Below, piece after piece: positions 9,785-18,818 of a stretch of 58,385 bases of DNA. The stretch is from a virus (Duplodnaviria > Caudoviricetes): the IMG/VR virus record IMGVR_UViG_3300048839_001124, positions 1 to 58,385 of that record; one strand, written 5' to 3'. Position 1 is the first letter of the stretch. Each line of letters opens with the position of its first letter. The notes beneath the pieces are model-generated. The model was not told where the DNA came from, ran no database searches, and saw only the letters and a program-made list of their open reading frames with translations. Both the position numbers and the translations under genes were made by a program.

Positions 9785-10247
9785 ACAAAAGAGCCTTAAT
9801 TTTATTATAGATCAATGGGCTATTCATGTATGGAAGCAGGAAAACCCACAAAACAAAGATGATAGGTTTGATGCCTATGATCGATTGTTTAGAACTATAA
9901 TAAGTCATGGCTACAAGTTTGATGACATTCATGAGTCAGTAAAGAAACAAATTAAAAAACACACTGTACCAACTAAAGGGCCAAAAGATAAACTAGAGTG
10001 GTGGAACAAAAGTGCAAATAAGCACATTGAACATGCTATGGCAAATGTGTTTGGCCCTCAAGTAGAAATAGCCTCTTCTAATGGTGTAAAATTGCCTGTA
10101 TTTGAAAATAAACCTTTAGAAGTAAAAGAAGAAATAAAAGAAGCGATAAAAAGTAAGAAGTACAAGGAATATATACCTGATGAAAAAAATCTCGAATTCA
10201 TCGATAAAAATTTCAAATTTGAAGGCAGCGATGAGGATTTAGGATGA
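9777..10247 (+). CDS. Hypothetical protein (replication cluster)
   Basis: 156-aa ORF overlapping both neighbours, directly upstream of the helicase. Confidence 0.6.
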   Translation: MSEQKSLNFIIDQWAIHVWKQENPQNKDDRFDAYDRLFRTIISHGYKFDDIHESVKKQIKKHTVPTKGPKDKLEWWNKSANKHIEHAMANVFGPQVEIASSNGVKLPVFENKPLEVKEEIKEAIKSKKYKEYIPDEKNLEFIDKNFKFEGSDEDLG

Positions 10248-11365
10248 GTGAACAAAAAATAAATCCAGCAATCGAAGATTTAATGAATCATGTAAATGAA
10301 GTGCATAGTCTTAGTCAAAAAAAGAGTGAATTAGAAAAGCTTAAGATTGATCGTCAATATGACCAATATAAAAAGAACCAAGTTGACTTAGAGCGCCTTT
10401 CTAAAGTAGATGTTACTTCTGTTAATCAAGACTTTATTGACAAAATGGACAGAGAACATGATTTAATGCGTCAAAGTTTAAAAAATCGCATGGTTTTTGT
10501 TAATCGTGAACTTAGCGATTTAGTACCTTTTTCTTATCCAAACTTACTTCTTGTTGGTGCAATGAGTGGTCATGGTAAATCAACTTTTTTAGCTAACATA
10601 GCTTATCCACTTATTATTGATAAAAAGCGCGTATTTGTTATTTCTAACGAAGAAATGTCAGTAAACGTATATAATCGAGTGGCTTGTTTACATAGAGGTT
10701 ACAATATAAATAGATTTCAGTCTTTTACAGATGAAATGCATGAAGATATAAAAGCAGTTAGAACTAAGCTTTACCAAGGCAATCGACTTAAAGTAGTTGA
10801 CTCAGACTTTCCAGATATGAAAGATGCTACTACAACTCTAGAAGGTTTAAAGTTTATTTTAGACAAGCTTCTTGAAGAGCAAGAAAAGAATAATGGTAAG
10901 GCTACTTATGATGTAGTGATGATTGATTACCTTCAAAAAATAGATTCTTCTAAAGAAAACCCTAGAACTGAAGGCTGGGCTGTAATGAAAAAAGTGTCTG
11001 ATATGTTAGACATTTTTTATAAAAAGTACCATGCTCCAGTAGTGGTTTTTACTCAATTAAAGCCAGAAGACTCAGAAGATCAAAATATTGAATACCGCAT
11101 TAAAGGTGGAAAAAGTATTTATGTATCTTCTACTTATTGCTTAGAGTTGCGCCCAATTAAAGAACAAAGAAAAACAGAATTTATTGTTCATAAGCATCGT
11201 TTTAATGACAAAGTAAATAGCGTATTAGAGCAAGCTCATGAAAATGGCAAATATAGCACATACACTGCTGAATTTAAATTGAAAGTGCATCAAGAAAATG
11301 CTGACAGAGAGCACGCTCAAATGCTAAGTAAGGTATTAAAAGATAAAAATGAAGGAAACAACTAA
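10244..11365 (+). CDS. Replicative SF4 helicase (DnaB-like)
   Basis: Walker A GAMSGHGKS, ISNEEM, Walker B VMIDYLQ, FTQL, KHRF arginine-finger region. Confidence 0.9.
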   Translation: MSEQKINPAIEDLMNHVNEVHSLSQKKSELEKLKIDRQYDQYKKNQVDLERLSKVDVTSVNQDFIDKMDREHDLMRQSLKNRMVFVNRELSDLVPFSYPNLLLVGAMSGHGKSTFLANIAYPLIIDKKRVFVISNEEMSVNVYNRVACLHRGYNINRFQSFTDEMHEDIKAVRTKLYQGNRLKVVDSDFPDMKDATTTLEGLKFILDKLLEEQEKNNGKATYDVVMIDYLQKIDSSKENPRTEGWAVMKKVSDMLDIFYKKYHAPVVVFTQLKPEDSEDQNIEYRIKGGKSIYVSSTYCLELRPIKEQRKTEFIVHKHRFNDKVNSVLEQAHENGKYSTYTAEFKLKVHQENADREHAQMLSKVLKDKNEGNN

Positions 11366-12212
11366 AGTATTTTTAGAGACTTTATTCAATCCAGGCGAGC
11401 ATATCTACGCTTCACCGTATGGCTATACATCTAAAAGAACAGAAGACGGCAAAGATTGGGAATTTTATTGGCCTAGTATTGAGCAAAAAGATATAGATGA
11501 AACAAATACTCTTTTAGTTTCAATTAATCCATTAAAGGGTGATGTACGTAATGATGATAATGTAACAGCTTATAGAACTTTTTTAGTAGAAATTGATGAT
11601 GGTAAATTATCTGACCAAAAGAAATACATTGATGACAGTGGCTTACCTTACTCATTATGTATATTTAGTGGTAATAAAAGTTTACATTTTGCAGTAACCT
11701 TAGATCATGATTTGCCTTCACATGAATTGTACACTATGCACGCAGAATGGATATTGAATACCTTACCTAAAGCAGACCCATTAACTAAAAATCCATCTAG
11801 GAGTATACGTTTTCCAGGAGTTATACGACCAAACGCTAAAATGCAAGCATTAGTAGAGAATCGTGGAAGAATAAGCTATGATAAGCTTATGGCCTATCTA
11901 AGCAAGTATCCAGAAGCTATGCCTAAACCAGAAGTAGATGAAGATTTTGAAGCTTTGCCTAATAATAAAACAGGCATGGCTAAGTGGGTAGTTCTTGGTT
12001 TAAAGAATGGGTTCGATATGTCTAAAGGTAGGAACGCTAGTTGGTTTGCTATTGCATACGAATTTGGCAAATGTGGCTATGATTTAGAAACTACTTTTGA
12101 AGCCCTTGAGCCAATGTATACCAGAGAAGTAGATTTTAATGAAAGAGAATGGCAAGCTACAATAAGAAATGGGCACACTAAAGCGCTAAAAAAGTATTGG
12201 AGAAAAAAGTGA
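11349..12212 (+). CDS. AEP/RepB-type DNA primase with C-terminal PriCT-like domain
   Basis: FLVEIDD, FSGNKSLH, NPSRSIRFPG, C-terminal GRNASWF...EWQATIRN. Confidence 0.8.
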   Translation: MKETTKVFLETLFNPGEHIYASPYGYTSKRTEDGKDWEFYWPSIEQKDIDETNTLLVSINPLKGDVRNDDNVTAYRTFLVEIDDGKLSDQKKYIDDSGLPYSLCIFSGNKSLHFAVTLDHDLPSHELYTMHAEWILNTLPKADPLTKNPSRSIRFPGVIRPNAKMQALVENRGRISYDKLMAYLSKYPEAMPKPEVDEDFEALPNNKTGMAKWVVLGLKNGFDMSKGRNASWFAIAYEFGKCGYDLETTFEALEPMYTREVDFNEREWQATIRNGHTKALKKYWRKK

Positions 12213-12826
12213 GTAGAATGAGGCGCGATGACATTATGTATTTTATGGACGAAGGTCTATATATACCTACGCGCACAGTTTATATTGGCTCAACTAGCAT
12301 TGAGGATGGAGAAGAATCAGGGGTAGACTATTTGATGGCTGAAAAAGCAATCAAAGCTCTTCACATTCTAGACTCTTCAGCAGCAGACCAGCCTATTACA
12401 ATTATACTAAATAATCCTGGAGGCGATACTGTTCACGGATTAGCTATTTATGATGCTATAAAGCATTGCAGAAACCACATTACTATCAAAGTGTATGGTC
12501 ACGCAATGAGTATGGGTTCTATAATTCTTCAAGCAGCCGATGAGCGATTTATGTCAGAAAATTCAGTTATGATGCTTCATTATGGTACAAATTCGGTTGA
12601 TGGACATACTAAAAATGTCGAACGTTGGGTTGAATGGAGCAAAAAGAGCAGTACGTGGGACGAAGAAATGTTTCTTAAAAGAATTAAAGAAGTAAAGCCA
12701 AGGTTTACTATGAAACAAGTAAAAGAGCTCCTTGAATTTGATAAAATTTTATCAGCAAAAGAAGCCCTAGAGCTTGGTTTAATAGATGGCATCATAGTTG
12801 AAAATGGCGAAATAATTAAGCGATAA
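12209..12826 (+). CDS. clpP: ClpP protease subunit 1
   Basis: ILNNPGG, GLAIYDAI, catalytic Ser AMSMGS, His MMLHYG, Asp FDKILSAKEALELGLID; GTG start overlaps the primase TGA with a GGAG RBS. Confidence 0.9.
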   Translation: MSRMRRDDIMYFMDEGLYIPTRTVYIGSTSIEDGEESGVDYLMAEKAIKALHILDSSAADQPITIILNNPGGDTVHGLAIYDAIKHCRNHITIKVYGHAMSMGSIILQAADERFMSENSVMMLHYGTNSVDGHTKNVERWVEWSKKSSTWDEEMFLKRIKEVKPRFTMKQVKELLEFDKILSAKEALELGLIDGIIVENGEIIKR

Positions 12827-12848
12827 TTAACTTCATAGGAGAAATCAA

Positions 12849-13490
12849 ATGGCCAAAAGTGCAGATGACATTCTTAAGAAAATTTGGGTTATTGAGTTTA
12901 ATAGTGATTCAGTAAAAGAATTTTATGAACAGTTTAATGAATGGGAAACAAGCCATTTGACAGATACTATTCCTGTGTATGTGAACAGTTACGGTGGACA
13001 AGTTCATGCTCTTATTGCAATGCGTGACCTGATTAAAACCAGCATCAAACCAGTGTCTACCATTTGTGTAGGTAAAGCTATGAGTTGTGGAGCTTCTTTA
13101 TTGGCTGCTGGAGAAAAAGGTATGCGCTTTGCCAGTCCAGATAGCCGTATTCTTATTCATCAAGTATCTTCTATGACTCTTGGTAAAGCTTCAGATATTA
13201 AAGCAGACGCAGCTCAAATCCATGATTTAAACGAAATGATGCTTAGAAATCTAGCAGAAGATACAGGCAACTCAGTTCAGAAGCTTAAAAAAGAAATTAA
13301 GAGTCGAGATAATGCTGACTGGACGCTTACCGCCGAAGAAGCTCTTAAATGGGGCATTATCGACGGCATTGGCATTCCACGCAACATCTGGCCTGAGTAC
13401 AAGACTTCCTTACAGGTTTTCGCAGATGAAAAATCTATGCAAAAAATGGGACTTGACTCAAAACGAGCCAAACCAAAACGTCGAAAATAA
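12849..13490 (+). CDS. clpP: ClpP protease subunit 2
   Basis: YVNSYGG, Ser AMSCGA, His ILIHQ, Asp ADWTLTAEEALKWGIID; AGGAG RBS. Confidence 0.9.
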   Translation: MAKSADDILKKIWVIEFNSDSVKEFYEQFNEWETSHLTDTIPVYVNSYGGQVHALIAMRDLIKTSIKPVSTICVGKAMSCGASLLAAGEKGMRFASPDSRILIHQVSSMTLGKASDIKADAAQIHDLNEMMLRNLAEDTGNSVQKLKKEIKSRDNADWTLTAEEALKWGIIDGIGIPRNIWPEYKTSLQVFADEKSMQKMGLDSKRAKPKRRK

Positions 13491-13509
13491 TCAAAATATT
13501 GAATACTTC

Positions 13510-13548
13510 AAAATTTTTTAGCCTATTTTTGGAAAAATAGGTTAAATT
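13510..13548 (+). promoter_or_regulatory. Early promoter/hairpin upstream of the ligase gene
   Basis: AAAATTTTTTAGCC motif; perfect inverted repeat CCTATTTTT-GG-AAAAATAGG (13522-13541); TAAATT -10-like hexamer. Confidence 0.45.
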
Positions 13549-13565
13549 TAGATTTCGGAGGAATT

Positions 13566-14717
13566 ATGACTCAACTACCCACCCTTTACATTTTAACCAG
13601 CACAGGCGCTATTCAGCAATGGACAGTAGAAACTAGACCCTTGTTAACCGAAGAAAGTGCGCCTGAATTATTTGGTGAGATAATTACTACATACGGCCAA
13701 GTAAACGGCAAGCTTCAAACAACAGTTGACATCATTAAGTCAGGCAAAAACCTTGGTAAAGTAAACGAGACTACCCCTGTACAACAAGCAGCTTTAAAAG
13801 CCAAACAGCTTTGGGACAAAAAGGTTAAAGAAGGCTACGTAGAAAATATTGATCAAGCGGCCAAAGGGCAATCAGACCTTGAAGGTATTGAGCCTATGCT
13901 TGCTTTTCCTATTGAGAAAAAAGAAAAATATGTAACCTACCCAGCAATTATTCAACCGAAACTCGATGGGTTTCGCTGTATAGCTATAGTTACTAATGGT
14001 AAAGCGCGTTTATTTAGTCGAACGCGAAAAGAAATTACTACTCTGCCACACATTATTGAACAGCTTGAAAAAATGTATAATAGTGTAGTCCTTGATGGAG
14101 AATTATATAATCATGAACTAAAAGAAGATTTTCCACGTTTAGCTGGGCTCATTAAACGCGATGAAGTTCATCCAGATAGCAAACTTATCCAGTACCATGT
14201 ATACGACTCAGTACCTCAAGAATATAAAGAAGCAAATTTTTCTTGGAAAGAACGAGTAGGCTATATTATTGAAGCTCTTGAATTAGATAAAAATCCATAT
14301 ATTAAGCCAGTTGAATCTAGAATAGCCAACAGTGAAGATGAAATGAATTTTTTGTTTCAAAATTTTGTACAAGATGGGTATGAAGGGGCTATCTACAGAC
14401 ATCCAACTATGCCATACGAGAATAAGCGTTCTGCTGGATTGCTTAAAATTAAGACAATGCAAGATGCTGAATTTACTATTATTGGAGTAAAAGAAGGAAC
14501 AGGAAAGCTTATGGGCAAAGCAGGAGCTTTTATGTGCGTAACCAATGCTGGAAAAGAATTTGAAGTAAAAATGAAAGGTACATTAGAAAGCTTAGAAGAC
14601 TATTTAGTAAATTTCGATAATTATAAAGGTAAACAACTAACTGTGCAGTTTCAAAAATATACTCCTTATGGAGCACCTTTATTTCCAGTTGGTTTACGAA
14701 TTAGAGAGGAAGAATAA
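13566..14717 (+). CDS. ATP-dependent DNA ligase with N-terminal WGR-like domain
   Basis: Motif I QPKLDGFR, LDGELY, YHVYD, GYEGAI, LLKIK, C-terminal OB fold; N-terminal TTYGQVNGKLQ...KKVKEGY. Confidence 0.92.
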   Translation: MTQLPTLYILTSTGAIQQWTVETRPLLTEESAPELFGEIITTYGQVNGKLQTTVDIIKSGKNLGKVNETTPVQQAALKAKQLWDKKVKEGYVENIDQAAKGQSDLEGIEPMLAFPIEKKEKYVTYPAIIQPKLDGFRCIAIVTNGKARLFSRTRKEITTLPHIIEQLEKMYNSVVLDGELYNHELKEDFPRLAGLIKRDEVHPDSKLIQYHVYDSVPQEYKEANFSWKERVGYIIEALELDKNPYIKPVESRIANSEDEMNFLFQNFVQDGYEGAIYRHPTMPYENKRSAGLLKIKTMQDAEFTIIGVKEGTGKLMGKAGAFMCVTNAGKEFEVKMKGTLESLEDYLVNFDNYKGKQLTVQFQKYTPYGAPLFPVGLRIREEE

Positions 14718-15191
14718 ATGAAAAACTATAGACTATGGCGAGAAGCAGCAAAAGCTTTCAAAGCTTTTTCAGAATACGATGATGTAATTTATCAAACAGT
14801 TGGCTCAACAGCTTGGCATTCAGACCCAATCAATGGATTATATGGACAAGTGCGTGATTCACACATGAATACTTTACTATCAATTATTAGTGAAGGCAAA
14901 GAAACAGAGTATTGGGCTTTGCATGAAAAGTTTGATAGTCCAGGCCATAGAACAGGTAAACCAGTTGCTTGGTATAAAACAGAATTTAATACTAAAGATC
15001 AAAAAAATATTACAACTAGAAAAGGTCAAACAGGCTTTATTCCAGAACAATTAGAGAAAGTTTTTAAACTACCTGAACGTAGAGGCTATATGTTAGCTCT
15101 TAGTATGTATAATGATTTAGTTAAAATTGAAAAACAATGGAGAAAAAAGAATGAAAAAGCAGCTGCTAGTTCAAAAAGACGTAAGCGCTAA
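14718..15191 (+). CDS. Hypothetical protein
   Basis: 157-aa ORF abutting the ligase gene, GAGGAG RBS. Confidence 0.6.
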   Translation: MKNYRLWREAAKAFKAFSEYDDVIYQTVGSTAWHSDPINGLYGQVRDSHMNTLLSIISEGKETEYWALHEKFDSPGHRTGKPVAWYKTEFNTKDQKNITTRKGQTGFIPEQLEKVFKLPERRGYMLALSMYNDLVKIEKQWRKKNEKAAASSKRRKR

Positions 15192-15813
15192 AACTGGTTC
15201 AGTTAGCTCTACTTCTATTTATGATGTAGTTTATGATGAAAAAGGCAACGATGTACGTCTTAAATATAGTCCAGTAGATAGTAGTTGGACTTCTCCAGGC
15301 AAGAACGCCGCTACCCTTAAGAGCGACGGTAATGGCTACAAAGTAAAACTTAGTCAAGCTAAAGGTCAACCTATGAAAGAGTTATATTTAGACTATAGTC
15401 AAGCAGACTATTTATTTCATCTACTAGAAGTAAACCGCAAACTATACCGCCGTAGCCGAAAAGATCTTGAAATTAAAGAAGTCTATATGACTAAAAAACA
15501 GTTTGAAAAAGAAAATGATTTATTGCCTGAACCTGGACAAGCTGCAAAAATTTTAATTGAAACTACTAAACCAGTAGACGCTTATAAAACCCATACAGAA
15601 CGCCCTAAGCGACCAATTGACTATAAGTCTGATGGAGATGATAATAATGTATTAACAAAGTATATGGGGCCAGAAGTTACTATTGGTGATGCAATGAAGG
15701 TAATTCTTAAACAAATGACAGATATGGTTGAGCTTGATGGCTTACAGAAACATGAAGTACTAGGTCTTATTAAAGCCTCATTAGACGAACATATTGAAGA
15801 GGTAGAAGAATGA
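15151..15813 (+). CDS. Hypothetical protein
   Basis: ORF track; start moved to ATG 15151 after GGAG. Confidence 0.6.
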   Translation: MKKQLLVQKDVSAKTGSVSSTSIYDVVYDEKGNDVRLKYSPVDSSWTSPGKNAATLKSDGNGYKVKLSQAKGQPMKELYLDYSQADYLFHLLEVNRKLYRRSRKDLEIKEVYMTKKQFEKENDLLPEPGQAAKILIETTKPVDAYKTHTERPKRPIDYKSDGDDNNVLTKYMGPEVTIGDAMKVILKQMTDMVELDGLQKHEVLGLIKASLDEHIEEVEE

Positions 15814-16265
15814 GTCAAGAAGCTTATATAGTAATGATGCTTTTTGTAAATGCTTTTTTGTTTTATATTTTGATGCGCGTTATTAAGCTTACTAAACAAG
15901 CTAAGGAGATGAGTGTATTTACTGATCAACCAGCTATTCCAGACTGTAAAAGACACGAATGGTCTAAAACCTATGTATATGAAAATAATACATCAGACAA
16001 AGTAATGTATTGTAAAGAATGTGGCTATATATCAGATGATAAAAACAGATATTTTAAGGCTCCGATGCTAGCCAAATTAAGAAAACAAAGTGATTTATCT
16101 GCTGCTTTTTATTTAATAGATAAAAGTATAAAAGAAGAATTCCTTCAAGGACTTAAAACTAGAACAGATATAGAAAATTCAGTTGCGTTAGAAAAGTTGA
16201 TATTAGACTTAGAGAATAGCAAACAACGTATGCTATCTGAGAAGTTTGAACTTATGAAAATGTAG
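15810..16265 (+). CDS. Membrane-anchored protein with putative Zn-binding CxxH/CxxC motif
   Basis: N-terminal TM helix; DCKRHEW...YCKECGY. Confidence 0.6.
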   Translation: MSQEAYIVMMLFVNAFLFYILMRVIKLTKQAKEMSVFTDQPAIPDCKRHEWSKTYVYENNTSDKVMYCKECGYISDDKNRYFKAPMLAKLRKQSDLSAAFYLIDKSIKEEFLQGLKTRTDIENSVALEKLILDLENSKQRMLSEKFELMKM

Positions 16266-16269
16266 GATT

Positions 16270-16878
16270 ATGGAAGAAGAGAAACTAAACGAATACACTG
16301 AATTTGAAAGCAAGTATCGCACAACTGCTGATATGGAAACTCGCTTTAAGCGATTGGCTATGACAGATTGTGGCATGAAAGAATTTATATATGTTGAAGG
16401 GCCAGATGTATATTTTGTTAAATCAGGCACAGATGACTTTAAGCGTTATCGAAAAGCATCTTGGGAACCAGTTTCTGGTAGAGCAGAAGTAACCACTAAA
16501 CGCAAACCAACTGGTGCTAAAAATAATGTAAACCGTATTGAAAAAAATCTTAGAGTAGATGGCAATGAACCAGCATTGGTTAGACAAACTATAGAAGACG
16601 ATGGGTTTGAGTATAATTTTGAAATTTGGAAGTCTTGTCATATATACTCTAATGAAGAAGCAACTCTAGTTTTTTATTGTGTAGTAGAAACAACTCCTGG
16701 GGTTAAATATAAAGAAGACTATTTTATTGAGATTGAGTTAGCTGAAAGTACTATACACAATCACACAGAAGAGGAAGCTTGGGCTATTTTAATGAAATAT
16801 GAAAAAATGCTTGAACCATTAGGCATTCACGCTCAAAAGCGACTTAGAAAAAGTCTGTTTGAAATGTATAGGCGCTAA
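16270..16878 (+). CDS. CYTH-domain protein (class IV adenylate cyclase/triphosphatase family)
   Basis: N-terminal ExExK (EFESKY), DVYF, RIEKNL, FIEIEL, C-terminal RKSLFEM. Confidence 0.8.
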   Translation: MEEEKLNEYTEFESKYRTTADMETRFKRLAMTDCGMKEFIYVEGPDVYFVKSGTDDFKRYRKASWEPVSGRAEVTTKRKPTGAKNNVNRIEKNLRVDGNEPALVRQTIEDDGFEYNFEIWKSCHIYSNEEATLVFYCVVETTPGVKYKEDYFIEIELAESTIHNHTEEEAWAILMKYEKMLEPLGIHAQKRLRKSLFEMYRR

Positions 16879-16879
16879 T

Positions 16880-16987
16880 ATGTCAGCTAGTTTATATATT
16901 TTTATTCTAATGCTCTTTGTAAATTCTAAGACCGCTGGATTAGTATTTTTATTTTGGCTAATTAGTTTGTTTATTGACTTTACTTGA
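16880..16987 (+). CDS. Small hydrophobic peptide (35 aa)
   Basis: Manual translation MSASLYIFILMLFVNSKTAGLVFLFWLISLFIDFT*; fills the gap between the CYTH and aminotransferase genes. Confidence 0.45.
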   Translation: MSASLYIFILMLFVNSKTAGLVFLFWLISLFIDFT

Positions 16988-16994
16988 AGGTAAC

Positions 16995-17960
16995 ATGTAC
17001 GATTTTGGCTTTGGCGACTCATTTGCTATTAGAGAATCTTTATCTAATTTTATTTCTACTCAATCTTTAATGGATTGCACACCGTATTTGGGTTATGCTT
17101 CTAAACATGATTATTCTAATTTAGAAAAGCGTATCCTTCAAATAGTTAAAAATAGTACAGGAACAGACTATAAATACTGTATATTAGTTTCAGGCGCTCA
17201 AATGGGCGTAGCCGCTGGACTTAAAGCATTAGAAAAAAACTTTGGAGAATGGGTTTTTCATGATGATTTATACTTCTTACGTTATCCACAATTAATCAAA
17301 ACATTGGGCTTGACTAGAATGAATAGACAGTGGTTTGATCACGATGGAGGTATACTTTTAACAGCTTCTCCATCAAACCCGACTGGAGAAATTGATAAAG
17401 AGTTTGTTTATAGAGCAGAAAGCACTATTTGGGACGCAGCGTACCACAATGAGATATATACTTCTCCAGTAACTTCGGCTTATTTGCCTAGACCTAATCA
17501 CAGTATGATGGTTGGCTCATTAGGTAAGCTTACTGGCATTAATGGCTTACGATTAGGTTGGGTAGCTACTAATGACGCATTATTGGCTGAAGAAGTAAAG
17601 CTGCAGCACTACAATCTGACTCTTGGAGTATCTACTACTAGTTTAGGCATACTAGAAAATTTGCTTAATAAAGTAAATCTAACAGACTTCTTTATTAACG
17701 CAAACCACGCTCTAAACGATAATCGGTCTGAACTATCTAAATTAGAATACTTGTTTGCTAGGCCAGTGCCTAAGTATGGAATGTTCTGGTTTACTGAAGC
17801 TGATAGTGCAGCAAAAAAGTTATTAGAAAAAGCTAAAGTTACTTACGTAGAAGGAAAAGAGTGCGGTGGAAACGCTGATACATTAAGAATAACTATGGGC
17901 CAAACTCGATCTTTGACTAAAGATATGGTTAAGACTGTTTTAAAAGAGGACAAAAAATGA
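16995..17960 (+). CDS. PLP-dependent fold-type I aminotransferase/C-S lyase (alliinase/TAA1-like)
   Basis: SPSNPTG, IWDAAY, GSLGK(PLP)LTGINGLRLGW, LRITMG; ATG 16995 follows GAAGG. Confidence 0.85.
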   Translation: MYDFGFGDSFAIRESLSNFISTQSLMDCTPYLGYASKHDYSNLEKRILQIVKNSTGTDYKYCILVSGAQMGVAAGLKALEKNFGEWVFHDDLYFLRYPQLIKTLGLTRMNRQWFDHDGGILLTASPSNPTGEIDKEFVYRAESTIWDAAYHNEIYTSPVTSAYLPRPNHSMMVGSLGKLTGINGLRLGWVATNDALLAEEVKLQHYNLTLGVSTTSLGILENLLNKVNLTDFFINANHALNDNRSELSKLEYLFARPVPKYGMFWFTEADSAAKKLLEKAKVTYVEGKECGGNADTLRITMGQTRSLTKDMVKTVLKEDKK

Positions 17961-18265
17961 AAACTAAACTAAATAAAAAGAAAACTGAAATTAAAATCTC
18001 TGTAACTAAAGGCATGTTTAAAACTAAAAACAGAAAGCTAGATAAAGCAGCTAATGAAGTGATGAAAGAGATTGAAGCACACTTTAAAGCTGAAGGTAAA
18101 AAAGCTTGGCCATTGTCTGCTAGACACTATATTACTGACATTTTTTATAAAGCTTATGGTGAACAGTTAGAAAACTATCTATTCAAAGCTTTATTTAAAA
18201 CAGGCAAATATATGCTTAAGTCAGGTAAGAATGGTGGATTGGTCATTGATAGGGCTAAAAAATGA
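17957..18265 (+). CDS. Hypothetical basic protein
   Basis: ORF track; ATGA coupling, GAGG RBS. Confidence 0.55.
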   Translation: MKTKLNKKKTEIKISVTKGMFKTKNRKLDKAANEVMKEIEAHFKAEGKKAWPLSARHYITDIFYKAYGEQLENYLFKALFKTGKYMLKSGKNGGLVIDRAKK

Positions 18266-18465
18266 AAATCATTCCTGAGTATGGTTTGTTAGCTATGTTA
18301 GGCGCACTACTAGGTACTTTTGGTTTATGCTTCATTATGGAAAAATTGTTGGGCCAGTATGGAGCTATACCAAGCCTGATTGGTGGATTAATCTTAGGTA
18401 TGGAAGCTAAAAAATTAGCTATAAAGTACAGCAATGATAAAGAAAACAGTAACAAAGATAATTGA
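18262..18465 (+). CDS. Small membrane protein (2 TM segments)
   Basis: Two hydrophobic Gly-rich segments and a charged C-terminus. Confidence 0.5.
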   Translation: MKIIPEYGLLAMLGALLGTFGLCFIMEKLLGQYGAIPSLIGGLILGMEAKKLAIKYSNDKENSNKDN

Positions 18466-18613
18466 CACAGTTAAAGAAAATCCTATAAAGACTGCTATAA
18501 TAGTTTTTGTACCCTTTGGTATACCTTTAGTAAGCGCCTATATATTGTACGATAAAATAAAGAATGAACACAAAAAAGTATCTAAGAAAGTCGATGGCTC
18601 CAAAGAACCATAA
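18434..18613 (+). CDS. Small single-TM protein (59 aa, not in the ORF track)
   Basis: Manual translation MIKKTVTKIIDTVKENPIKTAIIVFVPFGIPLVSAYILYDKIKNEHKKVSKKVDGSKEP*. Confidence 0.45.
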   Translation: MIKKTVTKIIDTVKENPIKTAIIVFVPFGIPLVSAYILYDKIKNEHKKVSKKVDGSKEP

Positions 18614-18818
18614 ATTGGCCAAAGAAGCTTTTGAGTTAGGTAAATATACTGTTGACGAAAGAGGCGCTATCAATCTTGGCTCATGGTCTAACGTAGTTAA
18701 ACTAGCTAGGTCTACTGGACTCAAGTCTAGAAAAGCCAGAGTCATCCGAAAGCGAGCAAAGCAGTGCATCCATTATCTTATAACACTAGGAATGATCAAT
18801 GACCCAGAAAAGGTTTAG
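18564..18818 (+). CDS. Hypothetical basic protein
   Basis: ORF track; same strand as neighbouring genes. Confidence 0.5.
   Translation: MNTKKYLRKSMAPKNHKLAKEAFELGKYTVDERGAINLGSWSNVVKLARSTGLKSRKARVIRKRAKQCIHYLITLGMINDPEKV

Noticed and set aside
749-11365. Functional inteins in DnaE, RecA or helicase
   Set aside because: No Cys/Ser...His-Asn-Cys/Ser/Thr junctions and lengths are normal; only the degenerate PHP insert is noted
18262-18465. Holin assignment for the 2-TM protein near the endolysin
   Set aside because: It lies on the opposite strand in the early module and has no family motif; topology alone is insufficient
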